Shown here: positions 26,421 through 35,398 of the stretch, piece by piece | Position numbering within the stretch: the first letter of the stretch is position 1 | How the letters are laid out: every line of letters starts with the position of its first letter | Source of the DNA: an uncultured Pseudomonadota bacterium | GTDB taxonomy: Bacteria > Pseudomonadota > Alphaproteobacteria > Rs-D84 | DNA length: 49,207 nt | Direction: 5' to 3' | Assembly (NCBI GenBank): GCA_902799285.1 | Contig: CADCAA010000002.1 | Coordinates: 1-49,207, forward strand | Notes under the pieces: model-generated | Database searches by the model: none | The model's input: only the letters and a program-made list of their open reading frames with translations | What the model was told of the DNA's origin: nothing | Made by a program: the position numbers and the translations under genes

Positions 26421-27614
26421 ATGTCACTGAAAATTTATGCTGATAAAAAATGGCAAAAATGGTTTGATAAACAAACCCGTAATCAATATATGCGTGATGT
26501 GTATATCAATCAATATCATAACGGAATAATTGTGAACGAAGGATTGCGTGGATTTGGCGTGTTTGATGAAAATTTCAAATTTGTAAAATCTGCGGCCCAG
26601 GTGCGTAAAAATAACGGAAATTTTTATCCAAAATTTAATCATAATGATATTCCGTATGTGGATGCAGATGCGGTTTTTGTCGGTAATGTTTATCCCCAGT
26701 TTGGACATTTTTTATTAGAACATATGAACAGGGCCTATGCTGCGCTGGATAAAAAATATAAAAATATGAAATATGTGTTGATTAATAATAAATCGATTCA
26801 GCCGGTGCCGGAATATATGTTTACATTTCTGGAATTGTTGGGTGTTCCGCGCGATAATATTATTATATTGGAAAAAACAACACGGTTCAGAAATGTCTAT
26901 GTCCCAGACCAAGGGTTTAATTTGCCTGTGTTTTCATCGAAAAAGTTTGGTGAAACGTTTCAAAAAATGGCGGAATCTGTAAAACCAAAAAAATTTGACA
27001 AGATTTATGTTTCGCGTGCTAAATTGCAATCCAGAAAAACGTATGGTGAAGAAAAAGTGCAAAAGATTTTCGAAAAAAATGGATTCAAAATTATTTATCC
27101 TGAAACACTTTCTTTGCGTGAACAAATTGCATATATGCGTGGAGCGCATGTTTTGGCCGGATGTGCAGGGACGGCGTTGCATATGTCTTTGTTTATGAAA
27201 CCCGGTGGAACGGTGATTCAAATAAAAAGAAATACTGTGTTTGACGATAATGCGCCAACGCAATATTTATTAAATCAAACAGGGAATTTGGATAGTGTGT
27301 TTATTAATTCTTCGGTTGAAACTGTTCGGACGGGTCATGGGTTCAGTCGACCGCAAATTATTGGCGTAAATGATAATATGATTCGTTTCTTTGATGATTT
27401 TGGATTCAAAACAACCAAAAAAGATTTAGAGCGTGATGATGCCGCATTTGCGGAATATGAAAATGCTTTGGTGGAGTATAAGGCTTTACACGGAACGAAC
27501 TTTATGGAAAAGGTAAAACATAAAATTGTGAGAATATCTGCGTGTTTTATACCGGGACGGTACAATCGTAGTGTTTGGCGCAGATGGTTAAAAGGAAAAT
27601 TTGGTATATGTTAA
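26421..27614 (+). CDS. GT61 / DUF563-family glycosyltransferase
   Basis: FGHFLLEHMNRAY, YVSR....RKTYGEE, a FKII.PETLSL.EQI block and AGCAGTALHMSLF form a characteristic DUF563 layout. Confidence 0.6.
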   Translation: MSLKIYADKKWQKWFDKQTRNQYMRDVYINQYHNGIIVNEGLRGFGVFDENFKFVKSAAQVRKNNGNFYPKFNHNDIPYVDADAVFVGNVYPQFGHFLLEHMNRAYAALDKKYKNMKYVLINNKSIQPVPEYMFTFLELLGVPRDNIIILEKTTRFRNVYVPDQGFNLPVFSSKKFGETFQKMAESVKPKKFDKIYVSRAKLQSRKTYGEEKVQKIFEKNGFKIIYPETLSLREQIAYMRGAHVLAGCAGTALHMSLFMKPGGTVIQIKRNTVFDDNAPTQYLLNQTGNLDSVFINSSVETVRTGHGFSRPQIIGVNDNMIRFFDDFGFKTTKKDLERDDAAFAEYENALVEYKALHGTNFMEKVKHKIVRISACFIPGRYNRSVWRRWLKGKFGIC

Positions 27615-27643
27615 AAAAAACGCCCGTGTTGGGCGTTTTTTTT
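27613..27643. terminator. bidirectional rho-independent terminator shared by the GT61 gene and typA
   Basis: A8-CGCCC-GTGTT-GGGCG-T8. The T-run overlaps the typA stop codon (27642-27644). Confidence 0.75.
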
Positions 27644-29489
27644 AATCGTCGCTCTCGGCAAAACGATATGCTTTTTTGCGTTTGCCACTGTCCAGTTCTT
27701 TCTTGCGCAAGCGAATTGTGCTTGGCGTCACCTCTACTAATTCGTCGTCTTGGATATAGGACAATGCTTCTTCTAATGAAATTTTGCGTGGTGGGGCCAA
27801 GAATAATTTTTCATCGGCCGTGACAGAACGCACATTGGTTAATTGTTTCCCTTTGACTGGGTTAACCTCGATATCGTTTTCTTTGCTGTGTTCGCCAACA
27901 ATCATACCGGAATAAACCTCGACCTGGGGACCAACGAACAGGACGCCGCGTGGTTCCAAATTGTGCAGGGCGTATGTTGTGGTTTGGCCTGCCTCCATTG
28001 ATACCAGTACGCCAGGGCGATATTGTGTAATTGGGCCACGATATAAATCGTATTTATCAAATACACGGTTCATAATACCGGTGCCGCGTGTGTCTGTGCG
28101 GAACTCTGATAAATAACCAATCAGTCCGCGCGATGGTGCGGAAAATACGATACGGGTTTTACCAATGCCAGATGGTTTCATTTCGGTAATTGTTGCCTTG
28201 CGCTTGGTCATTTTTTCAATAACAACACCACTGAATTCATCATCAACATCAATAACGACTTCTTCGATTGGTTCCAGTTTTTCGCCGTTGTCGCCGGTGT
28301 GCATAATAACGCGGGGACGGCTGACCGACAGTTCGAATCCTTCGCGGCGCATTGTTTCAATCAAAATACCCAACTGTAATTCGCCACGACCGGAAACTTC
28401 GAAACTTTCGTTGTTCGCGCTTTGTGTGACGCGCAGGGCGATGTTAGTTTCAGCCTCGCGGAATAATCTTTCGCCAATCATACGTGATGTCAATTTTTTA
28501 CCAGATTTACCCGCCAATGGCGATGTGTTTACGAAAAATGTCATCGTGAGCGTAGGTGGGTCAATTGGAATTGCCGGAATTGGTGTAGTGACAGATGGGT
28601 CGCAAAGCGTGTCCGCCACGGTGGCCTTACTGAATCCGGCCAAAACCACTATGTCGCCAGCCGATGCAGATTCGCGTGATACTTTATTCACGCCGGCGTG
28701 TTCAATAATTTTTGTGATTTTTGCGGTTTCGACCAAATCCCCAGCCATATTTATTGCCTTGACCGTTTGACCAACACGAACAGTACCGGATTCGATTTTT
28801 CCGGTTAAAATGCGTCCTACGTATGGGTCGGCCTCCAACGTTGTGGCCAACATTGTAAATGGTGCGTCCAGACGGCAACGATCGCCGTTGCAATCGGGTG
28901 CCGGTACGTGGTCTACAATTAATTGGAATAATGGTTTCAAATCTTTGTTTGGGTTATTGATGTCGTTTAGGTCGCGCACAGCCCAACCATCACGACCAAC
29001 CGCGTATAAATATGGGAAATCCAATTGCGCGTCGGTTGCTCCCAATTTATCAAATAAATCAAATGTTTCGGTCAGGACTTCTTCGGGTCGGGCGTCACCA
29101 CGGTCAATCTTATTGATGCAAACAATAGGACGCAGGCCAAGTTTTAAAGCCTTGGATAATACGAATTTTGTTTGGGGCAGGGGGCCTTCGGCACTGTCGA
29201 CCAACAGCACAACGCCGTCAACCATGGATAAAATACGTTCAACTTCGCCACCAAAATCGGCGTGGCCCGGTGTATCCACAATATTGATTTTATATTCGCC
29301 CCATTGGATAGATGTTGGCTTTGCAGAAATGGTGATACCACGTTCGCGTTCGATATCGCCACTGTCCATGACACGATCTTCGACCCGTTCGTTTTCGCGG
29401 AATGTTCCGGCCTGTTTCAACATATTATCGACCAGGGTTGTTTTACCGTGGTCCACGTGAGCAATGATTGCAATATTGCGAATTTTCAT
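27642..29489 (-). CDS. typA: translational GTPase TypA/BipA
   Basis: AIIAHVDHGKTTLVD and DTPGHADFGGEV are present. It is 615 aa. Confidence 0.95.
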   Translation of the reverse strand: MKIRNIAIIAHVDHGKTTLVDNMLKQAGTFRENERVEDRVMDSGDIERERGITISAKPTSIQWGEYKINIVDTPGHADFGGEVERILSMVDGVVLLVDSAEGPLPQTKFVLSKALKLGLRPIVCINKIDRGDARPEEVLTETFDLFDKLGATDAQLDFPYLYAVGRDGWAVRDLNDINNPNKDLKPLFQLIVDHVPAPDCNGDRCRLDAPFTMLATTLEADPYVGRILTGKIESGTVRVGQTVKAINMAGDLVETAKITKIIEHAGVNKVSRESASAGDIVVLAGFSKATVADTLCDPSVTTPIPAIPIDPPTLTMTFFVNTSPLAGKSGKKLTSRMIGERLFREAETNIALRVTQSANNESFEVSGRGELQLGILIETMRREGFELSVSRPRVIMHTGDNGEKLEPIEEVVIDVDDEFSGVVIEKMTKRKATITEMKPSGIGKTRIVFSAPSRGLIGYLSEFRTDTRGTGIMNRVFDKYDLYRGPITQYRPGVLVSMEAGQTTTYALHNLEPRGVLFVGPQVEVYSGMIVGEHSKENDIEVNPVKGKQLTNVRSVTADEKLFLAPPRKISLEEALSYIQDDELVEVTPSTIRLRKKELDSGKRKKAYRFAESDD

Positions 29490-29568
29490 ATTTTTATCCC
29501 TATTTTTCCGTAATAAGTGTATAGATTATACTATATTTTTCAAAATTCAACAAATTATATTAAAAAGA

Positions 29569-29596
29569 TTGACTTTTTGGTGTTTTTGTCTATGAT
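29569..29596 (+). promoter_or_regulatory. sigma70-like promoter (TTGACT-16 nt-TATGAT)
   Basis: TTGACT lies at 29569-29574 and TATGAT at 29591-29596, upstream of the orphan ORF. Confidence 0.5.
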
Positions 29597-29616
29597 TTTA
29601 TTAAAAGAGGTTGGAT

Positions 29617-29952
29617 ATGATAACAAGATATGATGTTTCAAGAGAAAATTTTTATATCAGTGCACGTGATTTTGTTGCAGGTGTGTGCGGCAAGGTTGTT
29701 CAGGCAAAAATTTTGCCGGGATTGAAATTTTTGTCGGAACATCCTACGTGGTTTTCAGAAAATGGTAAAGATTTTCGTATGTATTATGCGTATTTGGATG
29801 CGTATCATGCGATTTCTGACTATTATAATTTTCGTGCGCAGTATGATAAACCAGATGCAAAATTGGATACAGCGTTGGCTAATTGGTATAAATTGGTTCA
29901 GTCAAAACAAAATATTTTTGCCCGGGTTGCCGAATTGGTTAAAAAAAGATAA
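29617..29952 (+). CDS. hypothetical cytoplasmic protein, aromatic-rich, no family recognised
   Basis: The ORF opens at TTG 29611. ATG 29617 follows an AGAGG SD at 29605-29609. It has its own promoter and terminator, no signal peptide and no TM segment. Confidence 0.5.
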   Translation: MITRYDVSRENFYISARDFVAGVCGKVVQAKILPGLKFLSEHPTWFSENGKDFRMYYAYLDAYHAISDYYNFRAQYDKPDAKLDTALANWYKLVQSKQNIFARVAELVKKR

Positions 29953-29956
29953 AAAT

Positions 29957-29984
29957 AAAAAAACTCCCGTTTGGGAGTTTTTTT
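29957..29984. terminator. bidirectional rho-independent terminator (orphan ORF / serS)
   Basis: A-run, CTCCC (29964-29968), loop GTTT, GGGAG (29973-29977), T-run. Confidence 0.75.
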
Positions 29985-29985
29985 A

Positions 29986-31266
29986 TTAATGTTTACCACC
30001 AATCTTTGTTCGGCCGCCCATTAATGGTTGGAGTTTTTTTGGAATATTGACACTGCCGTCGGCGTTTTGGTGGTTTTCAATAATTGGCACCAATGCGCGG
30101 GGCAGGGCGATTCCAGTATTATTTAATGTTGCGACAAATTTAACATCATTTGTGCCGTTTTCACGATAGCGGGTGTTTGTTCTGCGTGCCTGGAACGTGC
30201 CAATGGACGAGCATGATCCCAATTCGCGATATGTGTTTTCAGACGGGAACCACGCCTCGACATCGTTCATTTTAACCTTGTTGAATCCCATATCGCCGGT
30301 TGAATTTGCAATAACCCGGTATGGTAATTCCAAATCCGCCATAATTTCGCACAGGTTATTTAACAATAATTCGTGCATTTCGTCGGATTGTTCCGGTTTG
30401 CAGAATATGTATTGTTCAACTTTGTTAAACTGATGAAAACGCACCAGACCGCGCGTGTCGCGACCGGCGGCGCCGGCCTCGCGCCGGAAACATGGTGAAA
30501 ATCCAGCGTATTTAATTGGTAACGTGTCTTCGGATAAGATTTCGTCCGAGTGTAGTGAGTTTAAAATGATTTCGGCGGTACCGGCCAGGCATCTGTCTGT
30601 GCCGGTTAACATAAATACATCGTCGTTCATTACGTTCAGGTCGGAACCCATAAAGTGGCCAGCGTTAAAGATTGTCTGTGGCTTTGTGATGGATGGACAT
30701 TCGATGTATGTAAATCCTTTGGAAATCAATTTTTGTGTGACATATGTTTGAACTGCCAATTCCAGTTCGGCGGCCTCGCCAACCAGACAATATGTGCGTG
30801 TGCCGCAAATGTTTGCGATTTTTTCAGGTGCCCACCAATTGTTCATATCCAATAATTCCCATTGGGTGCGTGGGGTGAAATCAAATTTGCGTGGGGTACC
30901 GACGCGGCGAACCTCAACATTTGCAGAATCGTCCGCACCGATCGGGGCGTCGGTACTTGGGATTTGTGGAACGCGATGCATTAAATCGTTTAATGCGTTT
31001 TCTTTGTCGGCCAATTCGGCCATATCGGCGGCGATTTCGGCGGTGATTTCCTTGGACTTTGCGACCAATGATGCTTTATCAGATGCGGTCGGGATTTCAC
31101 GGGTTATTTTATTTTTTTCCGCCGTTTTGGTTTGTGTTATTGTCTTTAATTCGCGAACGCGTATGTCCAGTGCCAATAAATCGTCCACAACATCCGGAAA
31201 ATTTTTAACGCGGCATGCGTTTTTAACAATATCTGGATTTTCACGAATAAATTTTATATCCAACAT
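29986..31266 (-). CDS. serS: seryl-tRNA synthetase
   Basis: An N-terminal coiled-coil arm (MLDIKFIRENPD) and a class II motif 2 (FSPCFRREAGAAGRDTRGL) are present. It is 426 aa. Confidence 0.9.
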   Translation of the reverse strand: MLDIKFIRENPDIVKNACRVKNFPDVVDDLLALDIRVRELKTITQTKTAEKNKITREIPTASDKASLVAKSKEITAEIAADMAELADKENALNDLMHRVPQIPSTDAPIGADDSANVEVRRVGTPRKFDFTPRTQWELLDMNNWWAPEKIANICGTRTYCLVGEAAELELAVQTYVTQKLISKGFTYIECPSITKPQTIFNAGHFMGSDLNVMNDDVFMLTGTDRCLAGTAEIILNSLHSDEILSEDTLPIKYAGFSPCFRREAGAAGRDTRGLVRFHQFNKVEQYIFCKPEQSDEMHELLLNNLCEIMADLELPYRVIANSTGDMGFNKVKMNDVEAWFPSENTYRELGSCSSIGTFQARRTNTRYRENGTNDVKFVATLNNTGIALPRALVPIIENHQNADGSVNIPKKLQPLMGGRTKIGGKH

Positions 31267-31267
31267 T

Positions 31268-32173
31268 TTAGTTTCCCTTTGTATTCACGTATGCGATTGC
31301 GTCCATGGCGGCACTGCACCCGGAACCGACGGCGGTGGCCACCTGCATTTTTATACCACTTTTTTCGTCGCCTGCAACAAATAATCCCGCCGGCAAATCG
31401 TCCGCCACAATGCGTCCAACATCGTCGCGTTTGATTCCTTCGTCCAGGTAATCGGTATTAGCCTCGTGCCCGATGGCGACAAATATTCCATCGCATTCGA
31501 TTTCGTCACCATTTGTGGTGGTTGCGATTAATTCGCCCGAATCAGAATCCGGTTTTTTACGAATTGATTTTAATTCAGTATTAAATATTGGGTGAATGTT
31601 TTCACGCGCAGCCACGCGGTCACGGATAATAGCTTCGGCCCGGGTAAATGCAGATTTGCGATAGATGATTTTTACGTCACTTGCCAAATCGGCCAAATAC
31701 AGGGCGTCGTTTAATGCGCTGTTTCCGCCACCGATAACCAATACGCGTTTGCCGGTATAGAAAAATCCATCGCATGTGGCGCAATATGAAACACCATTGC
31801 CAACCAATTCGCGTGCACCATCGATTTCAAGCCGCCGCGCGCGGGCGCCGGTGCCCATAATAATTGCAGATGCAGTATATGTTTTATTGTTGTCACATTG
31901 TACAGTATATGTAAAGTTGCCGTCCCATTTAATATCGGTTGCAGATGCGTACACGATTTCGGCACCGAATCCGGTTGCCTGTTTCAATGTGGTCTGAATC
32001 CAGTCCATACCGGACCCCATGTATCCAGGAAAATTTTCCAGGTTTGCTATTTCAGCCGTTTGGCCACCCAAAGTGTCGCCGGCAATTATCAATGTTTTTT
32101 TGTTTGCACGGGCGGCATATATCGCAGCAGTCAATCCCGCAGGGCCTGAGCCCAAAATTATAATATCGTACAT
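31268..32173 (-). CDS. trxB: thioredoxin-disulfide reductase
   Basis: GSGPAG, the redox centre CATCDG and GGGNSA are present. It is 301 aa. Confidence 0.9.
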   Translation of the reverse strand: MYDIIILGSGPAGLTAAIYAARANKKTLIIAGDTLGGQTAEIANLENFPGYMGSGMDWIQTTLKQATGFGAEIVYASATDIKWDGNFTYTVQCDNNKTYTASAIIMGTGARARRLEIDGARELVGNGVSYCATCDGFFYTGKRVLVIGGGNSALNDALYLADLASDVKIIYRKSAFTRAEAIIRDRVAARENIHPIFNTELKSIRKKPDSDSGELIATTTNGDEIECDGIFVAIGHEANTDYLDEGIKRDDVGRIVADDLPAGLFVAGDEKSGIKMQVATAVGSGCSAAMDAIAYVNTKGN

Positions 32174-32245
32174 TTTTATTCCTATTTTTCCTTTTTCCTG
32201 AACCCAAACATAGCACAGGGGGCGGCATCACGCAACATGAATTCG

Positions 32246-32746
32246 TTATTTGTTAAAATACTGTTTTAATGTGTTGTATGCGGTTGTGATTTTTGTAAAT
32301 TCGGCTGTGGCGGATGTTTTGTTTTCGGCCGTATCAGGGTGATATTTTTTCGCCAAAGCACGATATTTTACGCCAACCTCGCGCCAGGTAGATGTTGGTG
32401 GTAATCCAAATATTTTGAATGCGCCACTGATAGATGTGGGTAATTTGTTTTTTGGTGGTGTTCTGTCGAATGTGTCGCGGCCGGTTAAAAAATCGTTTAG
32501 GAATTTTACATAATCAGCCTCGTCAGCATTGGCCTTGGTTTTATCTTTCAATGGGGTGCCAAAGACACTGCGTTCCCAATCGGCCTCAATCTCGTCCGGG
32601 GTCATATCGGCGTAATAATTCCAATTTTTATTGTATTCGGCCGCGTGTTCTGTGCAGAAATGCCAGTATTCAGTTAGGTTCCGATTTTTTGGCGCACGGC
32701 ATGTGCCGGCCCGGGTACATCCCGGATGGTCGCATTTTGTTATCAT
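32246..32746 (-). CDS. J-domain protein with an N-terminal Cys/His cluster
   Basis: The C-terminal J domain is KYRALAKKYHPDT. The N-terminus is CDHPGC..AGTC....HFCTEH. Confidence 0.7.
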   Translation of the reverse strand: MITKCDHPGCTRAGTCRAPKNRNLTEYWHFCTEHAAEYNKNWNYYADMTPDEIEADWERSVFGTPLKDKTKANADEADYVKFLNDFLTGRDTFDRTPPKNKLPTSISGAFKIFGLPPTSTWREVGVKYRALAKKYHPDTAENKTSATAEFTKITTAYNTLKQYFNK

Positions 32747-33612
32747 TTGTTAATCGCCTTTGATTTATTTGATAATGGATGATATTGCTCAACTGTTTCG
32801 CGTAATTTTTCAGGCAAAACGTGAGTATAAATTTGTGTTGTTGATATGTCTTCGTGGCCCAACATTGTTTGTATCGCGCGCAGGTTTGCACCGTGTGATA
32901 ATAAATGTGAAGCAAACGAATGTCGTAAAACATGGGGTGATACGCGGTGTTCGTCAATCCCAGCCAACATTGCGCATTTTTTCAAAATCTTGAAAAATCC
33001 GTCACGCGTTATGTGGCCAGATGCGCCGGTGCCGGGAAATACATATTTTGAATCGGGGTCATCACGCAGAGTCAGCCATTTGTTTAACGCATCAATTGCA
33101 CCGGCGTGCATTGGAACCATGCGTTCTTTGGCGCCCTTGCCATGAATTAATAAATGGTCGCCCAAAATACCCGTCATTGGTAATTCGCATAATTCGGAAA
33201 CACGCAAGCCAGAAGCGTATAACAATTCAATCATTGCACGCAAACGAACCGATGTTTTTATGTCGCCCGCAGATGAAATCAATAAACCAATTTCATCGGG
33301 CGATAAAAGTTTCGGTAATGGACGTGCGCGCTTTGGTAATTCGATATTTTTTGTTGGGTTTGTGGTAATGATTTTTTCCAACATTAAAAATTTGTAAAAT
33401 CCACGGATTGCACTTGCCTTGCGGGCGATACTGGATGCGCGATCGGGCAACGCCGATAAATAATTTTGGATATCCGATTCGGAGGCATTCAGTAATCCGT
33501 TTGGTAATGCCGCATCTGCGTGATTCAAATCAGATGCATAACTGGCAATAGTTTTTTCACCACGGCCTTTTTCGGCGCTTAGTGCCTCTAAGAAAATGTC
33601 GATATAGTTCAT
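32743..33612 (-). CDS. xerD: tyrosine recombinase XerD (XerC/XerD family)
   Basis: The catalytic C-terminus is HVLRHSFASHLLSHGANLRAIQTMLGHEDISTTQIYTHV. It is 289 aa. XerD versus XerC is called by resemblance only. Confidence 0.75.
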   Translation of the reverse strand: MNYIDIFLEALSAEKGRGEKTIASYASDLNHADAALPNGLLNASESDIQNYLSALPDRASSIARKASAIRGFYKFLMLEKIITTNPTKNIELPKRARPLPKLLSPDEIGLLISSAGDIKTSVRLRAMIELLYASGLRVSELCELPMTGILGDHLLIHGKGAKERMVPMHAGAIDALNKWLTLRDDPDSKYVFPGTGASGHITRDGFFKILKKCAMLAGIDEHRVSPHVLRHSFASHLLSHGANLRAIQTMLGHEDISTTQIYTHVLPEKLRETVEQYHPLSNKSKAINK

Positions 33613-33737
33613 GGGTATAATTCAAGTTCTATGGGTGTTTGGGTTGGCGCAAAATACATCAACATAAATGCAATCAGGACAATCAGTCCCAATAAAACAA
33701 GAATCTTTTTCGTATTTGTTTTCTTTTTTAATGGCAT
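33609..33737 (-). CDS. small single-pass membrane protein (42 aa), below the ORF-track size cutoff
   Basis: My translation is MPLKKKTNTKKILVLLGLIVLIAFMLMYFAPTQTPIELELYP. An AAAGGA SD lies 7 nt upstream. Its TGA overlaps the xerD ATG (ATGA at 33609-33612). The N-terminus is basic and is followed by a roughly 19-residue hydrophobic span. Confidence 0.5.
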   Translation of the reverse strand: MPLKKKTNTKKILVLLGLIVLIAFMLMYFAPTQTPIELELYP

Positions 33738-33757
33738 GTGTTCGTCCTTTCTTTATT

Positions 33758-34837
33758 TTATATTGTATCAAAGTGTTCGATAAATACGCCGGCGGCCGCA
33801 ATTATTATAATTGGTGGTGCAATAATTGCCAATATCGGTGGCAGTGCACCCGTCGCGCCCAATGCGTTAAATGTGTTGATTAAAAAATACATTAAAAAGC
33901 ATGTGATAATTCCCAGGCTGAATTTTAATCCAAAGTTAAAGTTGCGTCTTTGGCGTGTTTGTGAAAATGCGATTCCCAATGTCGTCATGGCAATCATTGT
34001 TAATGGCAAAAACAGTAATGTCCAAAATTGCACCAAATGGCCACGCATTGGAACACCAATTGCCGTCATTTTTTGAATAAATTGTGGCAGGTTCCAAAAT
34101 GAAATCTGGTTTGGTTGCAGGTATCGGTCCAATACGGTTTGTGGGGTGATTTTTGTTTGTATTTCCCATTTTTTTGTTGAATTATTTCCGCGGGTATCCC
34201 ATACGATTGCCCGGTTGGATTTTAATCCAGAATCAGATAAAGTGACAGAATCTGTCTCAATGCGATTTAATAATTTGAAATCTTTGTCTTGGACAAAAAT
34301 TTTGGCGTCCAAAAATACCAAATCGGTGTTTTGTTTTTTCATATTTTTGGCGGACATTGTTAAAAAGTGATTGTCGTTTTCTTCGCGAATCCAAATTGTG
34401 TCGTCAACCAATTGCAAATCGTGGGTGGTTAAATTTTTCGCACTGATATTCACAAAATATGGGTTTATGACCGCGGTTGCAAATATGCCGATAATTGCCG
34501 CACCAATTAAAAATGGACGCGCAATTTGATATGGCGATAATCCCGCGCCGGATATTATTATTCCTTCGGATGATTTGGTTAAATTATACATAGCAAGCAG
34601 GGTACCCATAAATACAGCAAGGGGTAAAAACAGCGGAATATATTCCAGTAATCGTATCCATGCGTCCATTATCGCGCCCCATGTGTCGGGGTTTGATGGC
34701 AACCGTTCCACGAATGTGACCGCATATATAATGCCACATATTATAAGCAGGATAATACCGATGCTGGCAAAGAAGCGGCGCATTAAAAATTTGAAAAGAA
34801 TTGTTGTCCTGAACATTTTTACCCATATATATTTCAA
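33758..34837 (-). CDS. LptF/LptG-family LPS export permease (YjgP/YjgQ)
   Basis: The 359-aa protein has the topology of 3 TM segments, a periplasmic domain and 3 TM segments typical of the family. The start may instead be the internal Met of MFRTTIL. Confidence 0.7.
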   Translation of the reverse strand: MKYIWVKMFRTTILFKFLMRRFFASIGIILLIICGIIYAVTFVERLPSNPDTWGAIMDAWIRLLEYIPLFLPLAVFMGTLLAMYNLTKSSEGIIISGAGLSPYQIARPFLIGAAIIGIFATAVINPYFVNISAKNLTTHDLQLVDDTIWIREENDNHFLTMSAKNMKKQNTDLVFLDAKIFVQDKDFKLLNRIETDSVTLSDSGLKSNRAIVWDTRGNNSTKKWEIQTKITPQTVLDRYLQPNQISFWNLPQFIQKMTAIGVPMRGHLVQFWTLLFLPLTMIAMTTLGIAFSQTRQRRNFNFGLKFSLGIITCFLMYFLINTFNALGATGALPPILAIIAPPIIIIAAAGVFIEHFDTI

Positions 34838-34922
34838 GGAATTATACCTTGTTCATTTGACAATTGCAAAATTAAAATGAAAGTGTATAATTTTGCATAC
34901 AATTTAGATATAGGTGATTATT

Positions 34923-35393
34923 ATGGAAAAAAAGCCAATTTCACGTGCGGGTTTTGACGCATTGCTGAAAGAATTAAAGGATTTGAAAGAGGTGCAAAGA
35001 CCCGAAATTCTGCGTGTTGTTCAATGGGCACGGTCGCTGGGTGATTTGTCTGAAAATGCGGATTACAGTGCCGCACGTGAAAAACAGCGTCAAATTGATA
35101 AACGTATCCAGTATATTGAAAGCATTATTGCAAATGCAAATGTGATTGATATCGACAGTTTGTCTGGGAATAAAGTTGTGTTCGGTGCGCGCGTTGTTGC
35201 CGAAGACGAAGATGGTAATCGTATGCAATGCCGTATTTTGTCGGATGTTGAATCTGATGGGCGGCAAATTATTTCATGTACTTCGCCGGTTGGACGTGCG
35301 TTGATTGGTCGTTGTGTTGGGGATTGTTGCACCGTTAAATTGCCGTCTGGTGAAAAAGAATTCGAAATTATCGAGGTTAAGTTCAAGGACTAA
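34923..35393 (+). CDS. greA: transcription elongation factor GreA
   Basis: MEKKPISRAGFDALLKELKDLK is present. An AGGTG SD lies 6 nt upstream of ATG 34923. The ORF opens at GTG 34914. Confidence 0.9.
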   Translation: MEKKPISRAGFDALLKELKDLKEVQRPEILRVVQWARSLGDLSENADYSAAREKQRQIDKRIQYIESIIANANVIDIDSLSGNKVVFGARVVAEDEDGNRMQCRILSDVESDGRQIISCTSPVGRALIGRCVGDCCTVKLPSGEKEFEIIEVKFKD

Positions 35394-35398
35394 AATTT

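Noticed and set aside
28165-29460. Two long plus-strand ORFs (201 and 216 aa) inside typA.
   Set aside because: They are antisense shadows of a highly conserved GTPase gene. Their composition is S/P/R-rich and typical of a wrong frame.
29490-29510. A near-identical 5' leader shared by typA (GGAAAAATAGGGATAAAAAT-ATG) and trxB (GGAAAAATAGGAATAAAA-ATG at 32174-32193), read as a possible shared regulatory site.
   Set aside because: The core (A/G)GGRATAAAAAT-ATG also precedes mltA (17502-17514), and similar AAAGGA plus A/T spacers precede xthA and ruvA. It most likely reflects the preferred SD and spacer context. Only the extra GGAAAAATA is specific, which is weak evidence.
34857-34891. A greA promoter of the form TTGACA ... 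TATAAT.
   Set aside because: The spacer between TTGACA (34857-34862) and TATAAT (34886-34891) is 23 nt. The alternative TTGCAA (34865-34870) gives 15 nt. Neither spacing is convincing enough to report as a feature.
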